A DNA stretch of 64,000 nt from an uncultured Candidatus Saccharibacteria bacterium (GTDB lineage Bacteria; Patescibacteriota; Dojkabacteria; GCA-002793355): assembly GCA_964525295.1 (NCBI GenBank), contig CAZGEO010000002.1, positions 129,230-193,229 on the forward strand, in the 5' to 3' direction. Each line of letters opens with the position of its first letter. Position 1 is the stretch's first letter. The translations under genes and the position numbers were made by a program. The notes under the pieces were generated by a model. It worked only from the letters and a program-made list of their open reading frames with translations, had not been told where the DNA came from and ran no database searches. This document shows, in pieces, positions 37,800 through 47,617 of this stretch.

Positions 37800-38924
37800 A
37801 TGCATATTTCAGAATACAATTATGAATTTCCACAAGAGGCGATCGCAATGTTCCCTCCTGAGGAGCGTGGTTCTACTAAATTATTCGTAGTAGACACGCA
37901 GAAAGCTACTATTGCGATTTCTCGATATGATGAATTGGATCAGTTTTTTGATACAAATTGGCATTTGGTAAGAAATGTTACAAAGGTGTTTCACGCACGA
38001 TTATTTGGGGTTCCGCAATATTCGGATGGCTCGGCGCGTGAAACAGTTGAAATCTTCATCACTGAACCTCGGGCACAGTCACTTGACGAGTATATCGCGC
38101 GTCAATGGAGTGAAGAATTCCAGGGTTTTGAACTTGAATTTTTAAGTACGCTCAAGCGTAATCAACTTTCACAATTAGTGTCAATTCAAGGTGACGACGA
38201 TTTCGAATGGGTTAATGTGCGCAAAATCGATGATGCTTTTCGTGCGATTTTGCGCAAGCGCAGCTCGAAAATCACAGCACAAGATATTTTCGAGCTACTC
38301 GAACAAAAAGGCAAAGTACCTTTGCCACCGTATATTAAGAGAGATACCATTACTGCTGATGATGCGCGGTATCAGACAATCTTTGCTAAGAAAACTGGTT
38401 CTGTCGCAGCACCTACAGCGTCATTGAATTTTACAAAAGCTCTTGAAAAGCGACTGCAAAATAAGAAGGTAACAATTGACGAAATTATCCTTCATGTAGG
38501 GCGTGGCACGTTTATGCCTCTCCGCGATGAAACCATTGAAAAAAATGTCTTACATCATGAGCCAATTTACATTCCGACTGAAACGTTGCAATCGCTTTAT
38601 GAGGCAAAAACAAGAGGGCAGCGGGTAGTCGCAATTGGTACAACGGTAACACGAACATTAGAAACAGTCGCACAGCAAATTATGACAAAGCAAGTGCAAC
38701 CAATTCTCGATGAAACGAATCTATTTATTTATCCGCCGTATGAGTTCAAAATCATCGATGGATTACTTACGAATTTCCACTTTCCGAAGAGTTCATTGAT
38801 AACGTTGGTCGATGCCTTTTTGCGTCACAAAAATTCGAAACTTTCATGGAGAGAAATTTACGAATTCGGAATAAAAAATGACGCTAAACTTTTCTCTTAC
38901 GGAGATTCAATGTTAATTATTTAA
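37800..38924 (+). CDS. queA: S-adenosylmethionine:tRNA ribosyltransferase-isomerase
   Basis: 374 aa; N-terminus YNYEFPQEAIAMFPPEERGSTKLFVV and C-terminal LLTNFHFPKSSLITLVDAF match QueA. Confidence 0.8.
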   Translation: MHISEYNYEFPQEAIAMFPPEERGSTKLFVVDTQKATIAISRYDELDQFFDTNWHLVRNVTKVFHARLFGVPQYSDGSARETVEIFITEPRAQSLDEYIARQWSEEFQGFELEFLSTLKRNQLSQLVSIQGDDDFEWVNVRKIDDAFRAILRKRSSKITAQDIFELLEQKGKVPLPPYIKRDTITADDARYQTIFAKKTGSVAAPTASLNFTKALEKRLQNKKVTIDEIILHVGRGTFMPLRDETIEKNVLHHEPIYIPTETLQSLYEAKTRGQRVVAIGTTVTRTLETVAQQIMTKQVQPILDETNLFIYPPYEFKIIDGLLTNFHFPKSSLITLVDAFLRHKNSKLSWREIYEFGIKNDAKLFSYGDSMLII

Positions 38925-38985
38925 TAGTTAATAGATAATATCAAATAAAAAAGCTACTGATTATTAAATATTACCTATTAAGATT

Positions 38986-39591
38986 CTACACAACTCCCTT
39001 AAACAAATTCTCCTTCTTTCCAACCAACAAGACTGTTTGTTTTTCAAGAATGTTCCAAATGAATGGATCCATTTTTTGTTTACGATTTCTAAAATCTGAG
39101 GTGGTAATTATGGTGTAGAGCAATTCTTTCTGTAAGTTCGTTTCAATATTGTGTAAGAAAATTGAGACTTGATCAATTTTTGGAGAGCCTACAATCAGTA
39201 AATCGATATCATATTTATCTTTTGGTAAACCAAAAAGAAAGTGTGAAGTCAGAAGAACAAAATCTGTACCATCGAAAATATCTTGGTTGTTCATGATCAT
39301 TCCGCCAACACCGTAAGATTTATGGAATAATGAAACGATCTCATCAAAGAAAGGATGTTCACGATTTAGTGAATAAAAATTCTTCGAAGGAGTCTTTTCT
39401 TCAATAAGTAGGTTTGTCTTTTTCAAAAGGGCTACTTCGCGACCAACTGCATGAACCTGCAATTTAACGATTCTACTAAGCTCTCTAAGCCCTGAGCGAA
39501 CTTCAATATTCTCGAGAAAATGCCAAAGAATTCGAGTTCTTGTTTTTGAGCGGAGCAGCTTTTCAATAGTTAACGCAGTATTAAATTGCAT
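38986..39591 (-). CDS. winged-HTH protein with C-terminal nucleotidyltransferase-like region
   Basis: 201 aa; N-terminal wHTH pattern; later FGLPKDKYDIDLLIVG resembles a Pol-beta-type NTase G-x-D-x-D segment. Confidence 0.35.
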   Translation of the reverse strand: MQFNTALTIEKLLRSKTRTRILWHFLENIEVRSGLRELSRIVKLQVHAVGREVALLKKTNLLIEEKTPSKNFYSLNREHPFFDEIVSLFHKSYGVGGMIMNNQDIFDGTDFVLLTSHFLFGLPKDKYDIDLLIVGSPKIDQVSIFLHNIETNLQKELLYTIITTSDFRNRKQKMDPFIWNILEKQTVLLVGKKENLFKGVV

Positions 39592-39747
39592 TGTCGTGTG
39601 TATTTATCTTAAATGTATACCTTTTGTATGATAACATGAGTTTTTGAGAAATGCTATACCGAAATAATGGTTAAATGGTAAAAATCAAATATACTTTGTG
39701 ATATAGGACTCATTGACCGATTACTAAGCAACTTGTTATAGTGACTT

Positions 39748-40497
39748 ATGAATTCGTTAATTATGGTTAGGCACGGTCAATCCCGCTGGAATGCAGTAAA
39801 CAAATTTACCGGGTGGGTAGACGTTGCGCTTAGCGTGCGAGGAATTCGAGAAGCAGAAGTGTGTGCGAATAAATTACATGAAACTGCCATTGATGTTGCT
39901 TTCGTATCAGAATTGGTGCGTGCGCAACAGACGTTATTAATTATCTTGGCAAGACAAAATAAAACTGGAATCATTGTGCACAATGACAGTACAAACGATT
40001 TAACGCTAACCTCTAATCTCTTAACTCCTGAAGATTTACCAATTTATGAATCAGCTTGTTTAAATGAGAGACATTATGGTCTTTTACAGGGTCTTGATAA
40101 AGCTGAAGTCAGGCAAAAGTTCGGCGAAGATAAAACGTTGCAATGGAGACGAGGATACAAAGCAAAACCCCCGAATGGTGAGAGTTTAGAGGATGTTTAC
40201 AAACGAGCGATTCCATATTTCAAAGACACGGTAATGCCCTTTGTTTCGTCAGGAAAAAATGTAATCATTTCAGCTCACGGTAATAGTTTACGAGCGATTG
40301 TTAAGTATATTGAGAATATTTCAGATGATGATATTGTCAACCTTGATATTCCAACGGGAGAAATCATCACTTATGAATTTGATGCTGGTCAAGTGAGTAA
40401 GCGTCACGGCGATCTTTCGTTTGAACGTAAGGTTTATTGGACACCGTGGGTGCAAAATGCTAAACTTGATGCAGATAAGACCGAAAAATTTAATTAA
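39748..40497 (+). CDS. gpmA: 2,3-bisphosphoglycerate-dependent phosphoglycerate mutase
   Basis: VRHGQSRWNAVNKFTGWVD signature, 249 aa. Confidence 0.85.
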   Translation: MNSLIMVRHGQSRWNAVNKFTGWVDVALSVRGIREAEVCANKLHETAIDVAFVSELVRAQQTLLIILARQNKTGIIVHNDSTNDLTLTSNLLTPEDLPIYESACLNERHYGLLQGLDKAEVRQKFGEDKTLQWRRGYKAKPPNGESLEDVYKRAIPYFKDTVMPFVSSGKNVIISAHGNSLRAIVKYIENISDDDIVNLDIPTGEIITYEFDAGQVSKRHGDLSFERKVYWTPWVQNAKLDADKTEKFN

Positions 40498-40508
40498 TAC
40501 TGCCCAGT

Positions 40509-40973
40509 ATGCAAAAACTCGTTACCAAAAAAGTTACCAAAAAAACAGTTAAAACTGTTACCAAGTCTGTTGATTCAAAAACTAATCCAATTGTGCCACT
40601 CGCAGCAATAATTATTTCAGCAATTTTTGTTGGGCCATTACTGACCGTTTATACTGGTTATGTTATTGCTGTTTTTCTAGTACCAGCAGTCGTTTCATTT
40701 ATTGTCGCATTTACGTACAAAGACATGACAGGCTTAGAATTAACTGAAGAAATGAGACGAAGTGCAACAGTTATAACGTCTGTTTTAGGAATCCTTCTTG
40801 TTGTTTTCTGGACTATGTTGGTACCAACGCAAACAGTTAACGAAATTCCACAAAATACTTTCACCGTGTATCAGATTGTTTTCAGATCACTTTGGGTAAT
40901 TGCAGGTGTTTTGGTGTCAGTATTTTTACCTCTCGGGGTAACTGTGCCAAAAACTGCGGTAAAGAAAAAATAA
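40509..40973 (+). CDS. membrane protein, unknown function
   Basis: 154 aa, Lys-rich N-terminus, 4 hydrophobic helices. Confidence 0.4.
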   Translation: MQKLVTKKVTKKTVKTVTKSVDSKTNPIVPLAAIIISAIFVGPLLTVYTGYVIAVFLVPAVVSFIVAFTYKDMTGLELTEEMRRSATVITSVLGILLVVFWTMLVPTQTVNEIPQNTFTVYQIVFRSLWVIAGVLVSVFLPLGVTVPKTAVKKK

Positions 40974-40977
40974 CGAC

Positions 40978-41406
40978 TTAGAGTTTTAGCTCGTCAATCG
41001 AATTTGTGCAAATCCATGCGCAGGCGCTACCGTATCCGGTTTTATCGACCTTGAAGGCAGGAATCGCAATTGGCTCTGAAAGAAAAATTAATATCGCGTA
41101 ACGTTTTTTCGCTAACCAATTAAAGTTTTCAAGCGAATCTTTAGTAAAGCAGAGGCGTTCCTGATATTCTTTGACTAAAGCAATCGCAGAATCTAGATCC
41201 GTCAATTCTATTTGCAATACATTTTCTGCAATTGCTTTCGCAACTACAGGCTTGCCAGCATCTTTAAAGTATATAATCTCTCCAGAAGAAATTTTTCCCC
41301 ACGGTGCGACCTTGTTTATGTACCAGCGTGATTCAACTGTTTTTTCTTTTGCTAAAATCTTATCAATTAGCCTCCATTTAGGATTCATTATTGCAAGGTG
41401 CTCCAT
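40978..41406 (-). CDS. ASCH/PUA-like domain protein (tentative)
   Basis: 142 aa, small beta-barrel-like pattern; weak assignment. Confidence 0.3.
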   Translation of the reverse strand: MEHLAIMNPKWRLIDKILAKEKTVESRWYINKVAPWGKISSGEIIYFKDAGKPVVAKAIAENVLQIELTDLDSAIALVKEYQERLCFTKDSLENFNWLAKKRYAILIFLSEPIAIPAFKVDKTGYGSACAWICTNSIDELKL

Positions 41407-41446
41407 ACGAAATCAAACGATCTTAACTAGATAGTACGATTAGCTA

Positions 41447-42124
41447 TTACCTATTAAAGCAGGCTTTATATAATTCTTCAGCAAATTCTTCCTCTTTCCA
41501 ATTTTCCAGCCAGTGTTTGAATGAATCGTATAGTGGCGATTCACCAGTTGTAATTTTTTGACAATAAATCATTTCTTCGATTGTAGAAGAGAGTTGAATC
41601 GCCGGTTTTTTGGTGAATTTATTGAAATATTTTGCTTCATTCGAGAAAAGTATAGCTGTCCGATAGATAAGTAATAGTAAATTGTCGGCGAGTGAAGTGG
41701 TGGGTAAGTGCCAAACTTCAGAAAAATAAGGATTATCGCGCAAATGTTCAAAAACTTTCGTACTCAATCTCTCGTCAGTTCTTAATAACTCGAAGATTTC
41801 AGTCATAGTAGGTAAAGGTTTCTGCATTAATGCATTTGATTCTTGCGCATTGACACACCACAACCAAGGAAAGTCGCTTTCAAAATCTGATTTTCTCTCT
41901 CTGTTGTAAATTGAAATTGCTTTATTAAAATGCGGTATATTGTTCACGAGTGCTATCTCAATGGCTGGTAACTGTTCGCTATCTGAAAATTTTTCAGATA
42001 AATATGTTTTAATCTGCGATAACATAGCGGAATCGTTCATATCTAAGTGGTAGCTCGATACTTGTGAAGAAATCTGTTGAATCTTGTGCGCCTTCTTTTG
42101 TATATTGGGAGCTGTGTGCAGCAA
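41447..42124 (-). CDS. hypothetical protein
   Basis: 225 aa ORF; 5' end overlaps the 3' end of the PIG-L gene in another frame, so the true start is probably an internal Met. Confidence 0.3.
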   Translation of the reverse strand: MLHTAPNIQKKAHKIQQISSQVSSYHLDMNDSAMLSQIKTYLSEKFSDSEQLPAIEIALVNNIPHFNKAISIYNRERKSDFESDFPWLWCVNAQESNALMQKPLPTMTEIFELLRTDERLSTKVFEHLRDNPYFSEVWHLPTTSLADNLLLLIYRTAILFSNEAKYFNKFTKKPAIQLSSTIEEMIYCQKITTGESPLYDSFKHWLENWKEEEFAEELYKACFNR

Positions 42125-42746
42125 TTGCGTTTGTTCTCGTTTCGGTAAAACCAGTTACATCGATGGCAATTGTTTCTGAATGATTGTAGTAATCGACGAA
42201 TAGGAACTCTGTTACTGTATGTGACTCAACGCCGGGTTCGGCAAGCTGTTCAGGAAAGAAGAGAATATCACGACTATAGGGATATGCTGCATCAAGTGCT
42301 GATTTCCCAGTATTGCGATGATCTCGATGATTAACCCAGTTTACGTCTTTATCAAAATTTATAATTGCGTCTTCGGGGTTATGAGTAATTAGAATATCTG
42401 GCTTGAAAAGTCTGATTTGCCTGACAATTTTACCGATGGTGTTTAGTGAGTTATCGACCTCACCGTCGCTAATGTCGAGAAAAATATCGTTTTCCGGTTT
42501 TATTCCGAGGGCCTTCATAGCATTGGTATTTTCGACGGTTCGCTGTTCTATGAGAGCTGCCTCTGAAATGTTTTCTTGGCGTGAGCCTTTGTTACCATAG
42601 GTCATTTTAACGATACGGACGTCTTTTTTGTCTGCAATTAGTCTGGCTATTGTTGCTCCAGCATAAATTTCGGCGTCATCTGGATGTGCCATGACAAACA
42701 GGATGCGCTGTTTGTTTCCGAAAATTTTTTCATAGGAATCAGTCAT
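42009..42746 (-). CDS. PIG-L/LmbE family N-acetylglucosaminyl deacetylase
   Basis: 245 aa; AHPDDAEIYAGATIARL zinc-binding motif of the LmbE/PIG-L family. Confidence 0.7.
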   Translation of the reverse strand: MTDSYEKIFGNKQRILFVMAHPDDAEIYAGATIARLIADKKDVRIVKMTYGNKGSRQENISEAALIEQRTVENTNAMKALGIKPENDIFLDISDGEVDNSLNTIGKIVRQIRLFKPDILITHNPEDAIINFDKDVNWVNHRDHRNTGKSALDAAYPYSRDILFFPEQLAEPGVESHTVTEFLFVDYYNHSETIAIDVTGFTETRTNAIAAHSSQYTKEGAQDSTDFFTSIELPLRYERFRYVIAD

Positions 42747-43926
42747 TGCGCAATGCTTTTAAATTATTCCCAATTATATAAGTTATTACTAGTAGAATAA
42801 ACGTGGTAAATGCTAATCCCCAAGCAACTAATGGGGTATTATTTGCGTTGGTTGCATAACCAGCAAGAAGAGCTAGAACTGAATAGGGTAGTTTAGTAAT
42901 CATTGCAATTGTTGAGAGTGTTGTTGCACGATCTATAGAAGGAACGTATTCATTAATAATGCTAGAAATCCAGGGAGCAGCAAAGCTTTTCATTGCCTCA
43001 AGAATTAATAAAAACACTACGGCAAACAGACCAATTTTGAATCCCAGTAAAAGGAATGAGAACATAACTATGACTGCAAGAATTGAAATACCTACGAAAT
43101 CGCTAAGTTTTTTACGAAAAAGAGGAACGAGCAAAACACTACCCGCTGAAAGTAAGATAGCTATTGCAAAAATGATACTCTGCGCTACCTGGTCGAACCC
43201 TTGAAAAGAACTGAGGGCTGGTCGAATAAGTCCTACAGCGAAAAGAAATGGTAACCCTTGAACTATAAGTATTAAGGGTAAGTATGCTCGAATATGTGGT
43301 TCTAATAATCTGACAAATCCTTGCTTATATTGGGTCAGATATGCTGATAATGAGAATTTCTCTTTTGAGATAGAGAAGTTTTCTTTAAAGAATAATGACA
43401 CAATGAAAGCGATGCCATAACCAGCTCCCCATAAGAAGTGTGGTAAACGAACATCGACAGTGAAAAGCCAGGCACCAAGTAATGAAACAATGACTAGTGT
43501 GATCATACCAATACTTGCTGATCTAGAAAGAATATCGTCAAATTCGTCTTCACGTTTTTCTTTCTTAAGTGCATCAAATAAAAACGCTTCATTCGCGCCC
43601 GAATAGAATGCCCACCCAAGACTGATGATTAAATATCCAATCATCATTAACCTGAAGGTTCCCCCAAAAGTCAGTGTCATGACACCAACGACACCAAGAA
43701 GCATTCCTAGTGAAATACTCCATTTACGGCCAAGTTTATCTGCCAAAGCTCCTGTCGGGATTTCCATTAACATGCCGAATGTAAAACAAATAGTATCGAA
43801 AATACCGAGTTGTTGGTAATTCATGTAAATCAAATAGAAGAAAACCCAGTTGCCGGCGTGAAATTCCCAGTTATAGAAAAACTGAAAAATATAATAGAGA
43901 AGTTCGTTTCGCGATATATTCTTCAT
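42739..43926 (-). CDS. MFS transporter
   Basis: 395 aa, 12 TM helices, G-x-L-x-D-(R/K)-x-G-R-K motif (GALADKLGRKWS). Confidence 0.75.
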   Translation of the reverse strand: MKNISRNELLYYIFQFFYNWEFHAGNWVFFYLIYMNYQQLGIFDTICFTFGMLMEIPTGALADKLGRKWSISLGMLLGVVGVMTLTFGGTFRLMMIGYLIISLGWAFYSGANEAFLFDALKKEKREDEFDDILSRSASIGMITLVIVSLLGAWLFTVDVRLPHFLWGAGYGIAFIVSLFFKENFSISKEKFSLSAYLTQYKQGFVRLLEPHIRAYLPLILIVQGLPFLFAVGLIRPALSSFQGFDQVAQSIIFAIAILLSAGSVLLVPLFRKKLSDFVGISILAVIVMFSFLLLGFKIGLFAVVFLLILEAMKSFAAPWISSIINEYVPSIDRATTLSTIAMITKLPYSVLALLAGYATNANNTPLVAWGLAFTTFILLVITYIIGNNLKALRND

Positions 43927-44021
43927 AACAATTACAATAGTACTATGCGGGATTATACTGCATAACGAAAAAAGGAGCCAACCGAAGTTGGCTCCTTTCT
44001 CGCCTTATGAGGTAACCTGAA

Positions 44022-45470
44022 TTATTTCAGATACACTTTGATTTGGTTAGAGTAATTGTCACAGCCACCGCCGGTGTAGCGACATACTCGCACATAGTAG
44101 TAACCTTCACCCTTGAAAGCTGATAATTCCCCAAATGAACGAACAGAACTTGATGATAAGTATTGGTTTTTATCACCTCCATCATCTCGGCCAGGGTAGG
44201 TTGGCCCACTATTTTTTGACCAAACTACTTTGAAACCGTTTGGTGTATCAAGGTTGCTAACTGTCCATGCAACTGAGGTTGCGCCGGTACTCTTGATGCA
44301 GAGTTTGAAACCTGTACACGCATTGGTTGGTGGCTTAGTTGGTGCTGGGGTAACTGGGGGTGGTGGGGATTCGCGTGTTACTGTGAGCTCAACTTTTGCC
44401 ATGTTGCCTGCTTTGTCTAATGCTTTGACGACGAAGTTGTTGGTACCAAGCTTTAGGTCAAATTCTTTTGAGAATTGCCCTTCATTGTTTTCAACTTTTA
44501 CGCCGTTAATCCAGACATAGGCTTCTTTTTCTGTTTTTCCAGAGATTTTTGCCGTCCAGTTTGTTGTTTTGCTGTTGTTTTGTGGTTCAGTAACAGTAAG
44601 TTCTGGAGCAGTTGTGTCTGCAAAAATGCCTAAATCTTCTTTGTATTCTTTTGAAGATTCATCAACTGTTTTATTCCAATCAACAAAGGTATCATTTTTC
44701 AGATCTTCTTCTTTTACAATCGGCTGAACGATTTTTTCTGTTGTTGGCGCTTTGGTATCAACTAAATAATATTTCTTACCTTCATCTACAACAATTTCCT
44801 TACCTTGATCAATAACATTTACTTTGTTGGCAAAAACTTCGACACCCTTTTTTGAGGAATTCTCGGTGACTCGGTAGGCTGTTCCCATCGCTTTATAACT
44901 AACGCCATTTGCTGAAACAATAAATTCACGAGTTTCAGATTTTGAAACGCGAGCATAGATTTCTCCTCGAGTATTTGTTACTACGATATTTCGTGGATCA
45001 AGTGAAGTCAGAATAATTTCTGAATCGCTATTCAATCGAATTGCGCTCCCGTCGTCTAGGTTTACAATAGCTTTACTATTTTGAGCGACACGAATGACAT
45101 CTCCTTGCTGTAATTTTGTATCAAGATTTGCGGTAGTCCATTTACCATCACGTTGATATTCAACCGTGCCTTCGGCAAATGCTATTTCTAGTCCGAGATT
45201 TTTATTAATTATTTTTTCTGAAATAAATAATGAGCCAACCACAAAAATGGTTGCTGCTACAATAACTGCCCCGCCAAGAAGCATGAACCTCTTGAGGAAG
45301 GTTTGAGTTGGTGACATATTTTTTGTCGTTATATTAATGTAACGATCAAGCACCTTTTGTCTGAGCTCTTCCTTGAACGCAGAATCTCGCCCTGAACGGG
45401 TTTTCCTGATTACTGCTTTTTTGAAGAATCCGTGCGCAGCGGTTTCTTCCGGAAGTGGTGAGTTGACCAT
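44022..45470 (-). CDS. FecR-like anti-sigma factor with single TM and C-terminal Ig/fibronectin-like extracytoplasmic domains
   Basis: 482 aa; cytoplasmic N-terminus, one TM helix (LLGGAVIVAATIFVVGSLFI), FecR-like beta-rich region, Pro-rich linker, Cys-containing C-terminal domain; directly downstream of ECF sigma. Confidence 0.5.
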   Translation of the reverse strand: MVNSPLPEETAAHGFFKKAVIRKTRSGRDSAFKEELRQKVLDRYINITTKNMSPTQTFLKRFMLLGGAVIVAATIFVVGSLFISEKIINKNLGLEIAFAEGTVEYQRDGKWTTANLDTKLQQGDVIRVAQNSKAIVNLDDGSAIRLNSDSEIILTSLDPRNIVVTNTRGEIYARVSKSETREFIVSANGVSYKAMGTAYRVTENSSKKGVEVFANKVNVIDQGKEIVVDEGKKYYLVDTKAPTTEKIVQPIVKEEDLKNDTFVDWNKTVDESSKEYKEDLGIFADTTAPELTVTEPQNNSKTTNWTAKISGKTEKEAYVWINGVKVENNEGQFSKEFDLKLGTNNFVVKALDKAGNMAKVELTVTRESPPPPVTPAPTKPPTNACTGFKLCIKSTGATSVAWTVSNLDTPNGFKVVWSKNSGPTYPGRDDGGDKNQYLSSSSVRSFGELSAFKGEGYYYVRVCRYTGGGCDNYSNQIKVYLK

Positions 45471-45471
45471 C

Positions 45472-46071
45472 TTACTTAATAAAACGATTATCTAAGCTAA
45501 ATATGTCAGTACTTGGATAGCGTTCAAGAAATTTCTTACGAAAATCTTGTAATGCGCGGTATAGAAGTACAGAAACTTGAGTCGGTTTAATTTGCATAAT
45601 TGAAGCAATTTCGGGATTGTCCATTTCTTCAAAAAATTTTAAGGAAAGAATATGTTGGTATCTTTCATGAAGTAGTGTAAGAACTGTAAAAACTTTGATT
45701 CTGTGCTCTTGACTTATTGCAGGATCTTCAACATCTACAGCGATTTCTGGTAATTCTTCGGCATCTTCTACACTTAAAAAGAGATGCACTTTTTGCTTTT
45801 TGAGGTAATCAATGATTGCATTGTGCGCAGTTCGGTAAAGCCAACTGCCAAAGCGAATACCTTTGCGTGTATCAAAATTTTTAATTGCTTCAACCGCTTT
45901 GAGAAAAACTATGCTAGTGACATCTTCGGCCGACTCGCGATTTGGCAAACGATTTCTGCAATACGAAAAGATTGATTGAAAATATAAATCGTACAATTTT
46001 TCGAATGCAACTATATCTTTTTTTGCTTGTTCAATAAGATGTAATTCTTCTTGAACTGAGAGTTCAATCAT
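45472..46071 (-). CDS. ECF-type RNA polymerase sigma factor
   Basis: 199 aa; sigma-70 region 2 (FEKLYDLYFQSIFSYC...WLYRTAHNAIID) and region 4 HTH (NPEIASIMQIKPTQVSVLLYRAL). Confidence 0.8.
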   Translation of the reverse strand: MIELSVQEELHLIEQAKKDIVAFEKLYDLYFQSIFSYCRNRLPNRESAEDVTSIVFLKAVEAIKNFDTRKGIRFGSWLYRTAHNAIIDYLKKQKVHLFLSVEDAEELPEIAVDVEDPAISQEHRIKVFTVLTLLHERYQHILSLKFFEEMDNPEIASIMQIKPTQVSVLLYRALQDFRKKFLERYPSTDIFSLDNRFIK

Positions 46072-46129
46072 TTAGTGAATTATAACTGATTCTTCGTTCA
46101 ATACCAAAAAGGCGAGAAAAAGATTCATT

Positions 46130-47617
46130 CTACCATTGGTAATAATAATTCAATTCGTTCTCAATTAATGGAGGTTCACCAATCGCAAACAGAATTTCAT
46201 TCGCATAGGTGATAACTTCGGCTGTTCTCGCAAATGTCATCATAATGAAGTGATTCTGATATTTTTTATAAAATCCTTGCCCGTAAGCGCGATCAAGTTC
46301 AGTCTCAAGCTTTTTCGCATCTTTCGTGTTGTAAATGGAAATCCAAGTTGTTTCAGGAATTTTTTTCATCATCTGTCTGACAATAAATGTAGGATAGGCA
46401 TAAGAAGAGTAGTCACCACGTTCAATGACCGCAAGGTGAACAGTTTTTAACGTAAGGTGTTGAGTCATCGCTTCTTCAAAGAAAGATGGAAGAGCATTAC
46501 CCGATTGACTTGACTGATAGTGCAGTTGCTCGTGAGTAATTACCTCGGCCATGACTTTTGGCTTGCTTGCAAGTTCAGGAAGAAAGTTAATACTGATTGT
46601 ACTTGGTGGGCTAAATCTGCCCCATTGAATGTTTACAATGGTTTTTTGCTGTAAGGCTTCTTTTAGTAAAGTACGGCCTTTTGTGATGGCATTGCGAGTT
46701 TGGGAGATGCTGGTTTCAAGGCTAGTTTGTGCGTTTCTAGTATAGCTACCACTTCCTCTTGCGATTTCACTTTTTACAAGAGAAAGTTCATTTTCAAGAA
46801 TGCCAAGGTTATTTTCTAACTTTGAAATATAAGAACGCACGTCTGCAATGTATGCATTCAGTTCATCTTGTGCTCCTTTTTCGAAGTCTGCGGGTGCCAA
46901 TACAATAAATACTGGTTTAATATTTTTTTGCGGTAATTTAAGGCAAGACATTAAGGAAGTGCCCACTTCAGGGAGAATAGTTTGTCCCATTGCAAGTGTT
47001 AATGATTGCAAATAGATAGAATTATTATATGCAAAAATCGGGTAATTTCGCTCAGAAATGGTTAACTTTTTCGTTGAATCATCTAATGCTTTCGCAAATA
47101 TAATTTCTGTATAAAAGTTCTCTGTGTTAAGTCGTGTGCGCTCCTTTTCTATGACTAACGCTCGCTCAAGTTCGCGCACATTAAACTTATACAGCTGACA
47201 GCTTCGTTGCGTTTGCGCAAGGATTTTAATGGTCGCGATATCAGTAACAATCGTGTTCGGCAGATCTTTTTCAATAGTTGCCACATTTTCGCGCACATTA
47301 AGACCTGCATAATAAGCTACAGCAGCGAAGGCAAAAGAGATTCCCACAAATAAAAGAAAGAACGAAAATAAAAGATTCTTTAAGATTTCTGCAAAAATTT
47401 TTGTTGCATTGAGAAAATCCCAATTACGTTTTGGAACAAATATAAGGAAAGTTGCGATAATTATTACATAGGTAATGATTGAGGTCGCTAACCATATCGG
47501 GAAAGTCGCAAGTGATAAATTTGTTGGAAGAAGGTAAAGAAAAGTGAAAAATGCGACTATTACATTTAATACAAGAATAGCAATAACTTGAAGAGGCGAT
47601 CGAGATTGTTCTTGCAT
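46130..47617 (-). CDS. membrane protein with extracytoplasmic domain containing HExxH motif (putative metallopeptidase-like)
   Basis: 495 aa; 3-4 N-terminal TM helices; HEQLH near C-terminus; first gene of apparent operon with ECF sigma and anti-sigma. Confidence 0.35.
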   Translation of the reverse strand: MQEQSRSPLQVIAILVLNVIVAFFTFLYLLPTNLSLATFPIWLATSIITYVIIIATFLIFVPKRNWDFLNATKIFAEILKNLLFSFFLLFVGISFAFAAVAYYAGLNVRENVATIEKDLPNTIVTDIATIKILAQTQRSCQLYKFNVRELERALVIEKERTRLNTENFYTEIIFAKALDDSTKKLTISERNYPIFAYNNSIYLQSLTLAMGQTILPEVGTSLMSCLKLPQKNIKPVFIVLAPADFEKGAQDELNAYIADVRSYISKLENNLGILENELSLVKSEIARGSGSYTRNAQTSLETSISQTRNAITKGRTLLKEALQQKTIVNIQWGRFSPPSTISINFLPELASKPKVMAEVITHEQLHYQSSQSGNALPSFFEEAMTQHLTLKTVHLAVIERGDYSSYAYPTFIVRQMMKKIPETTWISIYNTKDAKKLETELDRAYGQGFYKKYQNHFIMMTFARTAEVITYANEILFAIGEPPLIENELNYYYQW

